Of a stretch of DNA of 64,000 nt, positions 33,172 to 43,756 are shown in pieces. The stretch comes from Thermodesulfobium acidiphilum (lineage in GTDB: Bacteria; Thermodesulfobiota; Thermodesulfobiia; Thermodesulfobiales; Thermodesulfobiaceae): positions 732,916 to 796,915 of the forward strand of contig NZ_CP020921.1 of assembly GCF_003057965.1 (NCBI RefSeq), in the 5' to 3' direction. Below the pieces are notes generated by a model that worked only from the letters and a program-made list of their open reading frames with translations, was not told the DNA's origin and did no database searches. The stretch's first letter is position 1; the number at the start of each line of letters is the position of its first letter. Both the position numbers and the translations under genes were made by a program.

Positions 33172-33795
33172 CTAGGAATGATTTTTGTTTATGATATCTG
33201 GGTAAGTAAAGAATTTCTTTTCTATCATTGAAAAGCTTATGTCCATAAATAATGCAATAAGGATTGCTGGTATTGAGCCAGCCAGAATTTTATTTATGTT
33301 AAAACTTGCTAGACCTTCAAATATTATTGATCCAAGACCGCTGCTTCCAATTATAGCGGTCAATATAGCGACAGAATTTGACAATATAGCTGCAAACTTT
33401 ATTCCAGCAAATATTGATGGATAGGCATTTGGAAATCTTATATATCTTAATATCTGCCACTCGCTCAAACCCATTCCTTTTGACGACTCTAATACCAAAA
33501 TATCTATGTTAATTAGTCCATAATAAGTGTTTTTTACAATAGGCATCAATATTCTTAAAAATATTGCTAATATTGCAGGTTTAAATCCTATGCCAAATAA
33601 TGGTACTACTATAGCTACCACTGCAAAGTTAGGTATTGCCTGGACTAAATTGCAAAATCCTATTATGAAATTTGCAATGTGGCGATTTTTTAAAGATATT
33701 ATCGCAAGAGGTATGTCTATGACTATGCTTAAGATTAAATATATATATGTAAGCAGTATGTGAACGTAAAATGAGCTTAATATTTCGTCAAACAT
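33172..33795 (-). CDS. Osmoprotectant (glycine betaine/choline) ABC permease, orphaned
   Basis: QAIPNFA, IVKNTY.G, ESSKGMGLS EAA loop, GLG.IIF.G. Confidence 0.8.
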   Translation of the reverse strand: MFDEILSSFYVHILLTYIYLILSIVIDIPLAIISLKNRHIANFIIGFCNLVQAIPNFAVVAIVVPLFGIGFKPAILAIFLRILMPIVKNTYYGLINIDILVLESSKGMGLSEWQILRYIRFPNAYPSIFAGIKFAAILSNSVAILTAIIGSSGLGSIIFEGLASFNINKILAGSIPAILIALFMDISFSMIEKKFFTYPDIINKNHS

Positions 33796-34119
33796 TATTG
33801 AATCTCTTTTGTAAAAATCTTTCAACCAGATAGGCTAATGCGTCAAAAAAAGGGCCAATATCCCTACCCATACCGCTTGATCCTTTTTCAAGGCTTCAAA
33901 ATTAATTAAAGACCCGCCCAGGCCTTCTTTTATCTCTACATTAAATCCATTTTCTTTCAATAGTGTTGCCATCATATTTGCAACTATGTACTGTTCATTA
34001 AATGGTTTCGATCCAATGACTATAGTTTTAGTTTTACTGTTGTTAGAACAACCTATAGATACAAGTGAGGCAACTGCAATTACTAACAAAAGAACAAAAA
34101 TCTTTTTCACTAAGCCCAC
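33788..34119 (-). pseudogene. Deletion remnant: N-terminus of an osmoprotectant-binding lipoprotein fused to the C-terminal tail of a permease
   Basis: Lipobox SIGC and [18 protein letters not shown]...FEALKK, ending abruptly; followed by [10 protein letters not shown](F)[15 protein letters not shown] permease-like tail. Confidence 0.7.
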
Positions 34120-34185
34120 CCCCCTTTCTGATGATTAGATTTTATTATACATAAACTTAGTAAATTTTTGAAATAAGAAAGATTA

Positions 34186-35475
34186 CTATTTTGACTGTAT
34201 GTTTTGCACTTTGTTGAAAATTCTGTAGATAATTTCTGCAATAATTGCTGATAGTAATCCAGTGCTAAAGCCATTTAAGAAAAGACCTGATAAGATGTTT
34301 GACTCTGGCAGAGTAATTACTATTTTTTCGAAGATGTATGGAATGATTAAGTATCCCAAAAAAGAAATTATGCCTATGTGAAGACTGTGATAACCCTTTT
34401 CTGATTTTGAAAGCTTTATCGCTGCCTCTATCTGGATATATCCCACCACTAGAAGAGAAGCTGCAATTACCTGAGTAGGTATCTGCACGAAAATCCCAAC
34501 CAGAGTAGGGTATAGCGAGGCGAGTATAAATATTAGACCAACAAGGTAAAACGAATACTTTGATGCGTTTTGCGTCATTACTATCAAGGCAGGCGTAAGC
34601 GAATAGCTAACAGTTCCAACTGACCCAAAAATTCCAGAAAATATTCCAGATATAGCGTCAAATAGAATGCCTTTATTTGTTTTTTCAAGAGATGGGGGAA
34701 TATTTAGCACTCCGAAAAGAGATTGAGTAGAGCCTATCTCGTTTATTACTACTCCAAGATAACAAAATAAAAAGGATATTGTTATGACGGGATTGAATTT
34801 TGGCATTTGGAGTGAAAATAAATTAGCACTTAAAACAGGTTCTGTGTGCATAGGCTTTATAAATATTAATAAAATGATTGAAGATATGCTCATAAAAAAA
34901 AAGATCGAAAATTTTGATAGGGGAAAACTTTGCTTGGAAAAGAAAATCGTAATTATCGATAATATCAGAATAAAAGTGATGTTTTCAGTAAAAGTAAATG
35001 AAGCTGATGAAAAGGCTAGATTTATTGCTATGGGAATAAGAGAAATCCCTATTAATAGTAGTACACTTACTGTAATGCCCTTGGATTGAAGTATTGAAAA
35101 TCTCTTTATTATATTACTCTTTGCAAGAAGTAGTATGAATACACCTACTGATATTGAAGCAAACGAAATTTCTTCTAAAGAGGCACCCGGATTCAAAACA
35201 AAACCTAGCATTAAAGCAGTAGATGGTCCAATCAAAAGAGGAAGTTTGTGACCATATTTTAATTGAAGTATCTGAAAAATTCCTGAAATTAGAAATATTT
35301 TTGTGAGAAAACTTACTTCTTCTGAATATGAAAAGTTGTCTAGTTTTGCTATGGTACTTGCTACAATTACTAAGGGAGGAAGTATTAAGACTAGCCATTG
35401 CAAGCCTTGAAGAAAGATTATATATAATGGAGGTTTATCATCAAAATTATATTTTAAGCTTACCTTTTCAGCCAT
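34186..35475 (-). CDS. NCS2 family nucleobase (uracil/xanthine) permease
   Basis: GLQW, GHKLPLLIGPS, NKGILFD, many TM helices. Confidence 0.82.
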   Translation of the reverse strand: MAEKVSLKYNFDDKPPLYIIFLQGLQWLVLILPPLVIVASTIAKLDNFSYSEEVSFLTKIFLISGIFQILQLKYGHKLPLLIGPSTALMLGFVLNPGASLEEISFASISVGVFILLLAKSNIIKRFSILQSKGITVSVLLLIGISLIPIAINLAFSSASFTFTENITFILILSIITIFFSKQSFPLSKFSIFFFMSISSIILLIFIKPMHTEPVLSANLFSLQMPKFNPVITISFLFCYLGVVINEIGSTQSLFGVLNIPPSLEKTNKGILFDAISGIFSGIFGSVGTVSYSLTPALIVMTQNASKYSFYLVGLIFILASLYPTLVGIFVQIPTQVIAASLLVVGYIQIEAAIKLSKSEKGYHSLHIGIISFLGYLIIPYIFEKIVITLPESNILSGLFLNGFSTGLLSAIIAEIIYRIFNKVQNIQSK

Positions 35476-35566
35476 AGTTTATATTAAAACATAATATATC
35501 TAAATTGACATAATAGGGTTATTTTGGTAACTTAATATAAGTATTTATTTTATTATTAAGTTAAGT

Positions 35567-35643
35567 GTCCACGTAGCTCAGTAGGATAGAGCATCGGATT
35601 CCTAATCCGGGGGTCACAGGTTCGATTCCTGTCGTGGACACCA
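35567..35643 (+). tRNA. tRNA-Arg (CCT)
   Basis: Cloverleaf with acceptor GTCCACG/CGTGGAC, anticodon loop TTCCTAA, encoded CCA. Confidence 0.96.
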
Positions 35644-35671
35644 CTTTTTGTACTGGGGGTAAATAAGGTTT

Positions 35672-36022
35672 TTGATTGATAGAGATGGTATTACTTTATT
35701 GGAGATTGTAGTAAGTATCTTTATTTTATCTATTTTTATGCTAATCTCTTTTGGTAGTCTATCTCGTTCTCTAATTATAGAAAAAGATTTACATATATAC
35801 AACAAAGCTCTTGAAATTGCGCAAAGTAGTTTTGAGAGAGCATTATCAGACAAAACTAATCAGGATTTAAATATTGTAGAAACTTACTGTTTTGATAAAG
35901 ACTGTTTTAAAGTAAATATTAAAAAGACAATTAATTACAGTAAAAAATTGATAATTGTAAATGTTTTTGATAGTGGAATTCCTAAAAGATTTGAAGATGT
36001 TACCTTGCAAACCGAAATTTGA
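35672..36022 (+). CDS. Type IV minor pilin / pseudopilin (PilV-like)
   Basis: Prepilin motif RDG|ITLLEIVV. Confidence 0.8.
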   Translation: MIDRDGITLLEIVVSIFILSIFMLISFGSLSRSLIIEKDLHIYNKALEIAQSSFERALSDKTNQDLNIVETYCFDKDCFKVNIKKTINYSKKLIIVNVFDSGIPKRFEDVTLQTEI

Positions 36023-36584
36023 AAATAGTTTTAAAGATGGGGTTTCCTTTTTAGAAATTTTGTTGTCAGTGCTACTTAGTTGTGTGATAGTATTAACTCT
36101 AGCAATAAATCTTTATAATTCTTCCAAAGTTTTAACAAAAATACAGGGTAAAGATGAAATAATTTCTGAAAGTTCGTTTATGATGCTAAGAATTGAACAG
36201 GAAATTAGACAGAGCGGCTATAAAAATATGTTATTAGCAAAAAATAATATAGTAGATCCGGGAATAGTCATAAACCAGAATGCTATATTCTTTAATCTTG
36301 ATTTATCTAACATCCCAAATGAAAGTTATCCAGAAGGAGATGGTAACTATGAAAGGGTAGGGTATTTTGTTTCAGATGGCTTTTTAATGAGATATGTAAA
36401 TGGCAATACCGAACCAATGAATGCTCCTGATGTACACGTATCTGGTCTTGCTGCTTATAGAGGTAGAGTAGAAGAGGGAAATTTTATAGAAGACTCTTCA
36501 GGCGATATGGTAAAGATATTAATTGATATTGACGCGCCGGAGAAAACATGCTTTGAAAAATATATTAAACTGCGAAATATCTAA
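35997..36584 (+). CDS. Type IV minor pilin (PilW-like)
   Basis: KDG|VSFLEILLS; IEQEIRQSGY motif; start uncertain. Confidence 0.78.
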   Translation: MLPCKPKFENSFKDGVSFLEILLSVLLSCVIVLTLAINLYNSSKVLTKIQGKDEIISESSFMMLRIEQEIRQSGYKNMLLAKNNIVDPGIVINQNAIFFNLDLSNIPNESYPEGDGNYERVGYFVSDGFLMRYVNGNTEPMNAPDVHVSGLAAYRGRVEEGNFIEDSSGDMVKILIDIDAPEKTCFEKYIKLRNI

Positions 36585-38037
36585 AAGGGGTTTTACTCTC
36601 CTCTTTGTTGTGCTTACAATGTTTTTTATAATTATTGCACTATCTATTACGTTTTTTGCTATTAAAAATTCATTAAATACCAATATTGTAGTCAAAACAA
36701 ACGCCAATTATCTTATTGCTTGTGAAAAGGCTATAAACGATGCTGTTTTGAAACTTTCCCTTGATCCAGAATATTCTGGAGAAAACGTAGTAGTAAATTC
36801 AATACCTGTGAAGATTGTTGTAAATGATATCGGCTTATATAAAAAATTAACTGCAAGTTCTATGGGTAAAAGTGTGGAGGTTTTAGTAAAAAAAGAGCTT
36901 TCGATTCCCAAATATGCTTTAGCAGTAAGAAAAAGTTTTTCTTCAATAGGCCACGTGAAGGTTATAACCAAAACAAGCGATAGTGCTTTGAGTGGAGTTT
37001 TAATTAATTATCTTGATGACTCTTATCCTAATATTTTTTTTGAATCAAATACTGATGGAATATTAAGATTATCTCAACCAACTAAAATAAACTTTGATGA
37101 AAGCTTACCATTTTGGCAAGAGTATTTAGAGAATTTAAAAAATTTACCTTCTGGGCTCGTTATCAACTATCTAGATCCTGCAAACAATGCACCTGTAGTT
37201 AATTTTCTGAATTGTAACCAGACTTATTTGGTTCCTTTAAGATTAGGTACTAATTTGAAGATAAATAATCTTCAAAGCAATTGTAAAATAACGTTTTTTT
37301 CTGATGTTTCTACTTATGGGGACTTATTTCTCCCATCCAATGTTAATTTTGATTTCAATGGGCAACTTTTTGTAAAGGGGAATCTTTTTTTGGGCAGTAA
37401 AGAGGTAAATATTAAAAATGGCTTAATTGTTTTATCTGATCTAAACTTCTTAAATTCTAGTACTCTGAACGTTGGTGACTCTCTTTTTGTTAAAAAAAAT
37501 CTAAACCTGACCAATCCCTCTAAATTGATTGTAAATAATGGAGTTCAGATTAAAGGAGATCTTCAGGTAGAGAATAATTCTTATATGAGTGTAAATAAAG
37601 CTTTGAATGTAGAAGGAGATTCTAAGATATATGGACAGTTAGTATCTAACAATTCTCAGTTAAACTTTGATAATTTATATATTTTGGATGCTGGATCTGT
37701 TGATTTAGCAGGTTCGAACGTATATATTAATAAGATTTTTAATATTAGCTCGTCAGATTCGAGTTTAAAAGGTTTTCTTAAGAGTTCTTCACTATACGCT
37801 AGTTCAATATATGTAGGACTTAACGAAACGGTTAATTCAAACGTTGTTGTGCTAAACTCCGCTGATATATCAGGAAATATTTTGGGATCTTTATTAATTT
37901 TGAATGAAGATCCCAATTCTAGTAGTTTGTTTAACGATGGTTCTACAATAACCTTCTCTTTAATAACAGATAATTGGGTTGGTCCACCTCTTGGATTGAG
38001 GTTTAAGATTGTAAAAGGATCCTGGAGAGAATTTTAG
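36523..38037 (+). CDS. PilX-like large minor pilin with beta-solenoid-like C-terminal region
   Basis: KRG|FTLLFVVL (no Glu5, as in PilX/GspK); repetitive VKGNL/IKGDL/VEGDS strands; start may be downstream (about 36553). Confidence 0.7.
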   Translation: MILTRRRKHALKNILNCEISKRGFTLLFVVLTMFFIIIALSITFFAIKNSLNTNIVVKTNANYLIACEKAINDAVLKLSLDPEYSGENVVVNSIPVKIVVNDIGLYKKLTASSMGKSVEVLVKKELSIPKYALAVRKSFSSIGHVKVITKTSDSALSGVLINYLDDSYPNIFFESNTDGILRLSQPTKINFDESLPFWQEYLENLKNLPSGLVINYLDPANNAPVVNFLNCNQTYLVPLRLGTNLKINNLQSNCKITFFSDVSTYGDLFLPSNVNFDFNGQLFVKGNLFLGSKEVNIKNGLIVLSDLNFLNSSTLNVGDSLFVKKNLNLTNPSKLIVNNGVQIKGDLQVENNSYMSVNKALNVEGDSKIYGQLVSNNSQLNFDNLYILDAGSVDLAGSNVYINKIFNISSSDSSLKGFLKSSSLYASSIYVGLNETVNSNVVVLNSADISGNILGSLLILNEDPNSSSLFNDGSTITFSLITDNWVGPPLGLRFKIVKGSWREF

Positions 38038-38129
38038 TTTTTTAATTTATCTGAAAAATTTGAATTGACTTTAATTATTAGATAATTTAGACTTTTTTAT
38101 ATGTTTATGACTTAATTATTGGAGGGTTA

Positions 38130-39467
38130 ATGATGGGTAATTCGAAGGTATCTATGAGTGACTTTTTTAACTCTATTGCGCCTTCTTGTATTAGAAAGTC
38201 AAGTATAGTCTTTTCAAATAGGCTTAAAAGTACAGGAGAATATGTAAATGCCATTAATGTTGCGATAGGAAATATTTCCCTTCCTACACATCCGGCAATG
38301 TTAAAAAGATTATTGTTTGTAGAGGATGAAAATTTAAAAAAGGGAATATGGAGATATACTCAAACAGAGGGTATTGATTCTGTGAATCAGACTTTTAAAA
38401 AGATAATAAAATCTTTTTTAAAACCTGGTATAGATCCTGAACTCTTTACTTTGGTAGATACTGGAGCTTCGCATATTATGAAGCTAGTAATACTTGGAGC
38501 TTGTGGTAAATTTGCAGGTGTTAATAAACCTCTTATGATGCTAGACCCTGTTTATACTAACTATATTTCAATTTCTGATGAACTTGGCAGGGACATAGTG
38601 GCAATAGATAGGGAATTGAACTCTGACGGGATATTTAGCGATATAGACATCGATACTATCGAAAGGGTAATTAAAGAAAAAAATCCTTCAGCTTTTTTGA
38701 TAATACCTTATGACAATCCATCAGGAACACTAATGACTCAGGAAACCATAAACAAGTTTGCTAAAATTTGTATTAAGCATAATATATTTTTTATAAGTGA
38801 TGAGGCATATAGAGGACTTTATTATAGAGATGATATAAAATTTGCACCTTCTATATGGAATATTTCTGAAGATGAAGTCCCTGGGATTACTTCAGCAAAA
38901 ATAAGAATTAGCATAGAATCTTTTTCTAAGCTCTTTAATGCCTGTGGGCTTCGAATGGGAGCGTTGGTTACAGATAACCAATTGTTTTTTGAACAAGCTA
39001 GAGCTGCTAATACTACTTATCTGTGTCCCTCTTCTATTGACCAGTATATAGCTTCGGCAATTAATGAAGAAACTGAAAAAGACATTCAAGGTTGGGTTGC
39101 ATCTTTAAGATTTTATTATAAAAGGATTTTAAGTGAATTGTATATGGGTCTGAAATCACTTATGCCAGAACTAATAGTAACTCGACCGGAAGCAGCAATA
39201 TATTCTATGGTAGATGTTAGAAATGTGGTAAAACCTGGATTCGATGCGAACGATTTTGTTATGTATTGTGCTAGTGAGGGTAGTGTAGAAATTAATGGTG
39301 TAAATTATACCTTGCTTGTAGCCCCTGCAGAAGGCTTTTATAAAAACAATAATCCATATGCCAATACGCAAATGAGAATCGCTTGTGTGTTGAGTGATAG
39401 GGAAATGAAATTAGTTCCTGATCTTTTTGTGAAATTACTTAAAGAATATGAGAATAAAAGAAATTAG
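38130..39467 (+). CDS. PLP-dependent aminotransferase class I/II (aspartate aminotransferase-like)
   Basis: PYDNPSG, ISDEAYRG, ESFSKLFNACGLRMG. Confidence 0.88.
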   Translation: MMGNSKVSMSDFFNSIAPSCIRKSSIVFSNRLKSTGEYVNAINVAIGNISLPTHPAMLKRLLFVEDENLKKGIWRYTQTEGIDSVNQTFKKIIKSFLKPGIDPELFTLVDTGASHIMKLVILGACGKFAGVNKPLMMLDPVYTNYISISDELGRDIVAIDRELNSDGIFSDIDIDTIERVIKEKNPSAFLIIPYDNPSGTLMTQETINKFAKICIKHNIFFISDEAYRGLYYRDDIKFAPSIWNISEDEVPGITSAKIRISIESFSKLFNACGLRMGALVTDNQLFFEQARAANTTYLCPSSIDQYIASAINEETEKDIQGWVASLRFYYKRILSELYMGLKSLMPELIVTRPEAAIYSMVDVRNVVKPGFDANDFVMYCASEGSVEINGVNYTLLVAPAEGFYKNNNPYANTQMRIACVLSDREMKLVPDLFVKLLKEYENKRN

Positions 39468-39641
39468 ATAAATCTATTAAGTTATAATAAATTTTCTAAT
39501 ATTGTAAACAAGGAGAATTCAATACTTTTTTAGTGGGCATGAAAGTAAATTACATAATATCATAATGTTATTAAAAAATTTTAATTTATTTTATAATAAT
39601 TATTATTAAAACTTTTTTGTTGTAATTTAAGGAGGCATAGA

Positions 39642-40895
39642 CTGTTTGTTTTAATATGTGAATACAGCAAGTTTATATCGAAGTATCTTTATAGTGCTAT
39701 TAAACAGGATACAGATCTGGAGCCATTAATTTTTAATTCTTTTAAAGAACTTGAAGATTTTATTGATAAAAATGTAGAAAGGATTTTATGTGCTATTTTA
39801 GGTCTGGTTTTGCCAGATGCACCAAACGCAGAAGCTGTGGATATTTGTATTAAACATAAAATTCCAACGATAGTTTTTACTTCTACTATAAACGATGATA
39901 TTAGAGATACTTTAATAAAAAAGGGGGTAGCAGACTACGTATTAAAGGATAGTAATAATAGCCTGGATTATGTTATTAAAATTGTTAAAAGATTATATAA
40001 GAATAAAAAATTAAAAGTTCTTATAGTTGATGATTCTTCTGTTGCTAGAAAGTTTATGGAAGATATTTTGAGTTTACATAATCTTCAAGTTTTTACTGCT
40101 ATTAATTCTGATGAGACTCTATCTATTTTAGAGAAAAATAAAGATATTAAATTAATGTTGATTGATGAGAATATGCCTGGTATGAGAGGTTCAGATCTAG
40201 TAAATGAGGTTAGAAAAATTTACACAAAGGAACAAATGGCTATTATTGGTATAAGTTCATATTCAAATAGTATATTGACTGTTGAATTTTTAAAACGTGG
40301 TGCTAATGATTTTATTTTAAAACCCTTTAATAAAGAAGAATTTTGTTTAAGAGTAATGCAAAACTTAGAAATCTTAGAAATGTTCGAATCTCAAAGAATT
40401 TATGCTACTACAGATTTTCTTACAGGGCTATATAATAGAAGATTTTTATTTGATATTGGTGAAAAGCTATTAGAGAATGCAAAGAGAAATAATCTGTCCA
40501 TTTCTTTAGCAATAATTGATATTGATAACTTTAAATATATAAATGATACATATGGCCATCTTTTTGGGGATTTTGTGCTAAAAACTCTTGCAAAAATTTT
40601 AAAAGATAGATTTAGAGCAGGTGATATTGTTGCCAGATTAGGTGGAGATGAATTTTGTGTTATGGGAGTCATGGGAGAAAGTTCCTATAATGTTTTTGAT
40701 TCTTTGAGGCAAAAAGTTTCATGTTATGAATTTAAAGACCAGGATAGAAGCATAAAAATTACATTATCAATTGGAATATCAAATAGGCTAGAAGATAAAG
40801 TGGAATTGATGTTGAAAAATGCTGATAAAATGCTTTACAAATCTAAGAATTTAGGTAGAAACATTGTTAGTGTAGATATTGATGATTTTAATTAG
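39642..40895 (+). CDS. REC-REC-GGDEF diguanylate cyclase (PleD-like), probable CTG start
   Basis: TDFLTGLYNRR, DIDNFK.IND.YGH, RAGD I-site, RLGGDEF; frame is open back to CTG 39642 after AAGGAGG. Confidence 0.88.
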   Translation: MFVLICEYSKFISKYLYSAIKQDTDLEPLIFNSFKELEDFIDKNVERILCAILGLVLPDAPNAEAVDICIKHKIPTIVFTSTINDDIRDTLIKKGVADYVLKDSNNSLDYVIKIVKRLYKNKKLKVLIVDDSSVARKFMEDILSLHNLQVFTAINSDETLSILEKNKDIKLMLIDENMPGMRGSDLVNEVRKIYTKEQMAIIGISSYSNSILTVEFLKRGANDFILKPFNKEEFCLRVMQNLEILEMFESQRIYATTDFLTGLYNRRFLFDIGEKLLENAKRNNLSISLAIIDIDNFKYINDTYGHLFGDFVLKTLAKILKDRFRAGDIVARLGGDEFCVMGVMGESSYNVFDSLRQKVSCYEFKDQDRSIKITLSIGISNRLEDKVELMLKNADKMLYKSKNLGRNIVSVDIDDFN

Positions 40896-41305
40896 TACCT
40901 TTAAGTTTAATTGGTATATTAAATTATTTTTATATCTTAATGCTTATTAAGAAGGGATATAATATTTTTAACAGTACTTATATATGTCTTAGTTGCTCCT
41001 TGATCCTGTTCGATCTTGATCAGGTTTTTATTCTTATTCTTTAAGAGTGTCTTCATCCCTTCTTACTTTATTCCTTTGTGGCAATAAAAGATATTATTAT
41101 GTCTATATATATCTGTCACTTGTATAAATAAAAAATAATTATCTGTATTTCGAATAGTAATTTTAAATTTTTAATTTAATCAATTAACTTGACTATTTTT
41201 TTTAAATAATTTTAAATATAATTATGTATAAAAAGAAAATTAGATATAATATTCATTTTTTATTGTAAAATATTATCAATTGAAGTTAATTTATGGAGGA
41301 AAGTA

Positions 41306-42640
41306 ATGAGATTTATTTTTTTTATACTTTTATTTATTTTTTTAACTCCTCAAATTTCTTTTTCAGAACCAATAAGTTTAGACTTAAATGAAGCTATACA
41401 GTATGCATTAGTAAATAATCACGAGCTAAAATTTCTTTCTGAGTCTATTATTTCAAAGGAAGCAGATTTGGGAATTGCTCGAAGCAGTTATTTACCTAAA
41501 CTTTCTTTTAGTGAGACCTACCTGAGGACAAACAATCCTACATACGCATTTATGGCGAAATTAAATGAAGGAAGATTTACACAAAACGATTTTGAAATAA
41601 ACTCTTTAAACAATCCTTCATCTATTAACGATTATCAGACAACTTTTACTGTCGATCAGTTGATCTTTTCAAAAAAGGCCTTACTGGCTATTGATATGGC
41701 GAAAAAAGAACTTCAAGCACAAAAACTTAGTTACAAGAGAAAAAAAGAAGAAGTTGTTTATAACGTTATAAAAAGTTATTTAGAAGTTCAAACTGCTAAA
41801 GAATATTTAAATGTAGCCCAAAAAGCTCTTGACGATGCTTTAGAACATGAAAAGATTGCAAAAATTAATTATAAAGTAGGTTTAAGCGTTTATTCAGATG
41901 TTTTAAGGGCTGAAACCTCTGTTTTAGCAGCAAAAGAAAGACTTGTAAGTGCCAGGAAGAATTTTGAAATATCACAAAGGACTTTTGGTCTTGTGTTAGG
42001 CATTAAAGAAAATGTAATTCCATCTGGAAATTTTGATTTACCCATTAAGCTTCAAAACGAAGATTATTATAAAAATGCAAGCCTTAATCGGGCTGATTTA
42101 AGGGCAATTGAATTAAGAAACAAAATTGCAAAAAAGAATATAGAATTGACAACCTCTGGATATTTGCCTTATATAGGACTTTCATTTACTTATCAGATGA
42201 ACGATCACAGTAATATTTTTGGTTCTGAAGGGAGTAGCTATCAATTTTTAACATATTTAAGCTGGAACATATTTGATGGGGCAAAAAGAGAAAATGAAAT
42301 AAAAAAGGCTAAAGCTGAACAAAAAATGGTTGAAGAAAATTTAAAGGCTTTAGAAGATGCTATTTCTTTAGAAGTTTATAGTTCTTATCTTGGAGTGAAA
42401 GAGGCTAAAGAGAATTTAGAGCTTGCAAAAGGTGCTCTAGCTAGTGCAGAAGAAGACACAAAAATTATTTTACACAGATATCAAAATGCTCTTTCACCTT
42501 TTATTGATTTATTAGATGCACAAACAAATTTGGATAACATAAGGGCAAATCTGGTTGATAAAGAGAATAAATATTTTATGTCTTTAGTTGATTTAGATTA
42601 CAAAAGTGGAATTTTGCTTTCGGAATTGGGAATCAAGTAA
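41306..42640 (+). CDS. TolC family outer-membrane efflux protein
   Basis: Signal peptide, EAIQYALVNN, duplicated YLP repeats, WNIFDG. Confidence 0.9.
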   Translation: MRFIFFILLFIFLTPQISFSEPISLDLNEAIQYALVNNHELKFLSESIISKEADLGIARSSYLPKLSFSETYLRTNNPTYAFMAKLNEGRFTQNDFEINSLNNPSSINDYQTTFTVDQLIFSKKALLAIDMAKKELQAQKLSYKRKKEEVVYNVIKSYLEVQTAKEYLNVAQKALDDALEHEKIAKINYKVGLSVYSDVLRAETSVLAAKERLVSARKNFEISQRTFGLVLGIKENVIPSGNFDLPIKLQNEDYYKNASLNRADLRAIELRNKIAKKNIELTTSGYLPYIGLSFTYQMNDHSNIFGSEGSSYQFLTYLSWNIFDGAKRENEIKKAKAEQKMVEENLKALEDAISLEVYSSYLGVKEAKENLELAKGALASAEEDTKIILHRYQNALSPFIDLLDAQTNLDNIRANLVDKENKYFMSLVDLDYKSGILLSELGIK

Positions 42641-42663
42641 GTCTTTTAAAGGGAGGATATAAG

Positions 42664-43746
42664 ATGTTTAAAGATTTGAAATTATTCCGTTTTTATTTCA
42701 TATTTTTCTTGATATTATTGTTTGCTGTTTTTCTTGTTTCAGGATGTTCTTCAAATCGTCCAGAGAAAATGGAAAATAAAACTATAGAGGGCGTAAAGCT
42801 TCAAACGGTAAATGAAGTTGACTTGCCGAAGTATTTAGAGGCTACAGGTACTGTAAAGGCTAAAGTAATAAGTGTTATTACCAGTAAAGTAATGGGAACT
42901 ATTACTTCTGTTAACGTTAAAGATGGAGATAGGGTTTCGGAAGGACAGGTGCTTTTGACAATCTATGATCAGGATGCATCTGAAAGAGTAAGACAGGCAG
43001 AAAAAAATCTTGATGCTGCGAAACTAAATTTATCATTAAGTAATGCTACCTATATGAGATATAAGGCACTATATGATGAGAAGGCTTTGAGCCAACAAGA
43101 GATGGATCAAATTACCACACAAAAAGAATTAGCTCAAACTAATTATGAAAGGGCAAAGGCAGCTTTAGATGAGGCAAGAGTTGTAAGAAGTTTTTATACC
43201 GTAACTTCACCTATTTCTGGGGTTGTATCATCCAAAAAGGTTGATGTTGGTACTACTGCAATGCCTGGTATGCCTTTACTTAATGTAGAGAACACTTCTA
43301 GTTTTGAATTAGATGCTAACGTTGATTCCAAATACTCTCAAGATTTAAAAGTTGGTTCAATTGTAAAAGTAAAAATTGATTCTATGCCTGAAATCGAGGG
43401 AAAGATATCAGAAATTGTTCCTTCAGTAGATCCAATGTCTAGGTCCTTTGTGGTAAAAATTGATCTTGGCTCGGGTGATTTTAAAAGTGGAATGTATGGG
43501 AAGGCATATTTTAATATAGGTACAAAAAGAGCAATTGCTATCCCGGAAACAGCTATTGTGAGAAAGGGTGGGTTAATTGGTGTGTATGTTGTGGATGACA
43601 AAGGGTTGGTAAGCTATAGAATGGTTAAGCTAGGTGAAAAATACAAAAATACGGTAGAAGTATTATCAGGACTTTCAAACGGAGAAAAAATAATTGTTGA
43701 AGGCACTGAAAATGCTTTTGACGGTGCGATTGTAAAAGGAAGTTAG
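42664..43746 (+). CDS. RND efflux periplasmic adaptor (MFP), lipoprotein
   Basis: VSGC lipobox, lipoyl-like halves (VKDGDRV..GQ.L; SPISGVV), VEVLSGL..GE. Confidence 0.9.
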   Translation: MFKDLKLFRFYFIFFLILLFAVFLVSGCSSNRPEKMENKTIEGVKLQTVNEVDLPKYLEATGTVKAKVISVITSKVMGTITSVNVKDGDRVSEGQVLLTIYDQDASERVRQAEKNLDAAKLNLSLSNATYMRYKALYDEKALSQQEMDQITTQKELAQTNYERAKAALDEARVVRSFYTVTSPISGVVSSKKVDVGTTAMPGMPLLNVENTSSFELDANVDSKYSQDLKVGSIVKVKIDSMPEIEGKISEIVPSVDPMSRSFVVKIDLGSGDFKSGMYGKAYFNIGTKRAIAIPETAIVRKGGLIGVYVVDDKGLVSYRMVKLGEKYKNTVEVLSGLSNGEKIIVEGTENAFDGAIVKGS

Positions 43747-43756
43747 GGGAAAAATT

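Noticed and set aside
35567-38037. Integrative island at tRNA-Arg
   Set aside because: No integrase and no duplicated tRNA 3' end (att site) seen in the window
40939-41058. Possible 39-aa minus-strand ORF (MKTLLKNKNK...) in the long intergenic region
   Set aside because: Weak RBS spacing and no motif; cannot be supported from sequence alone
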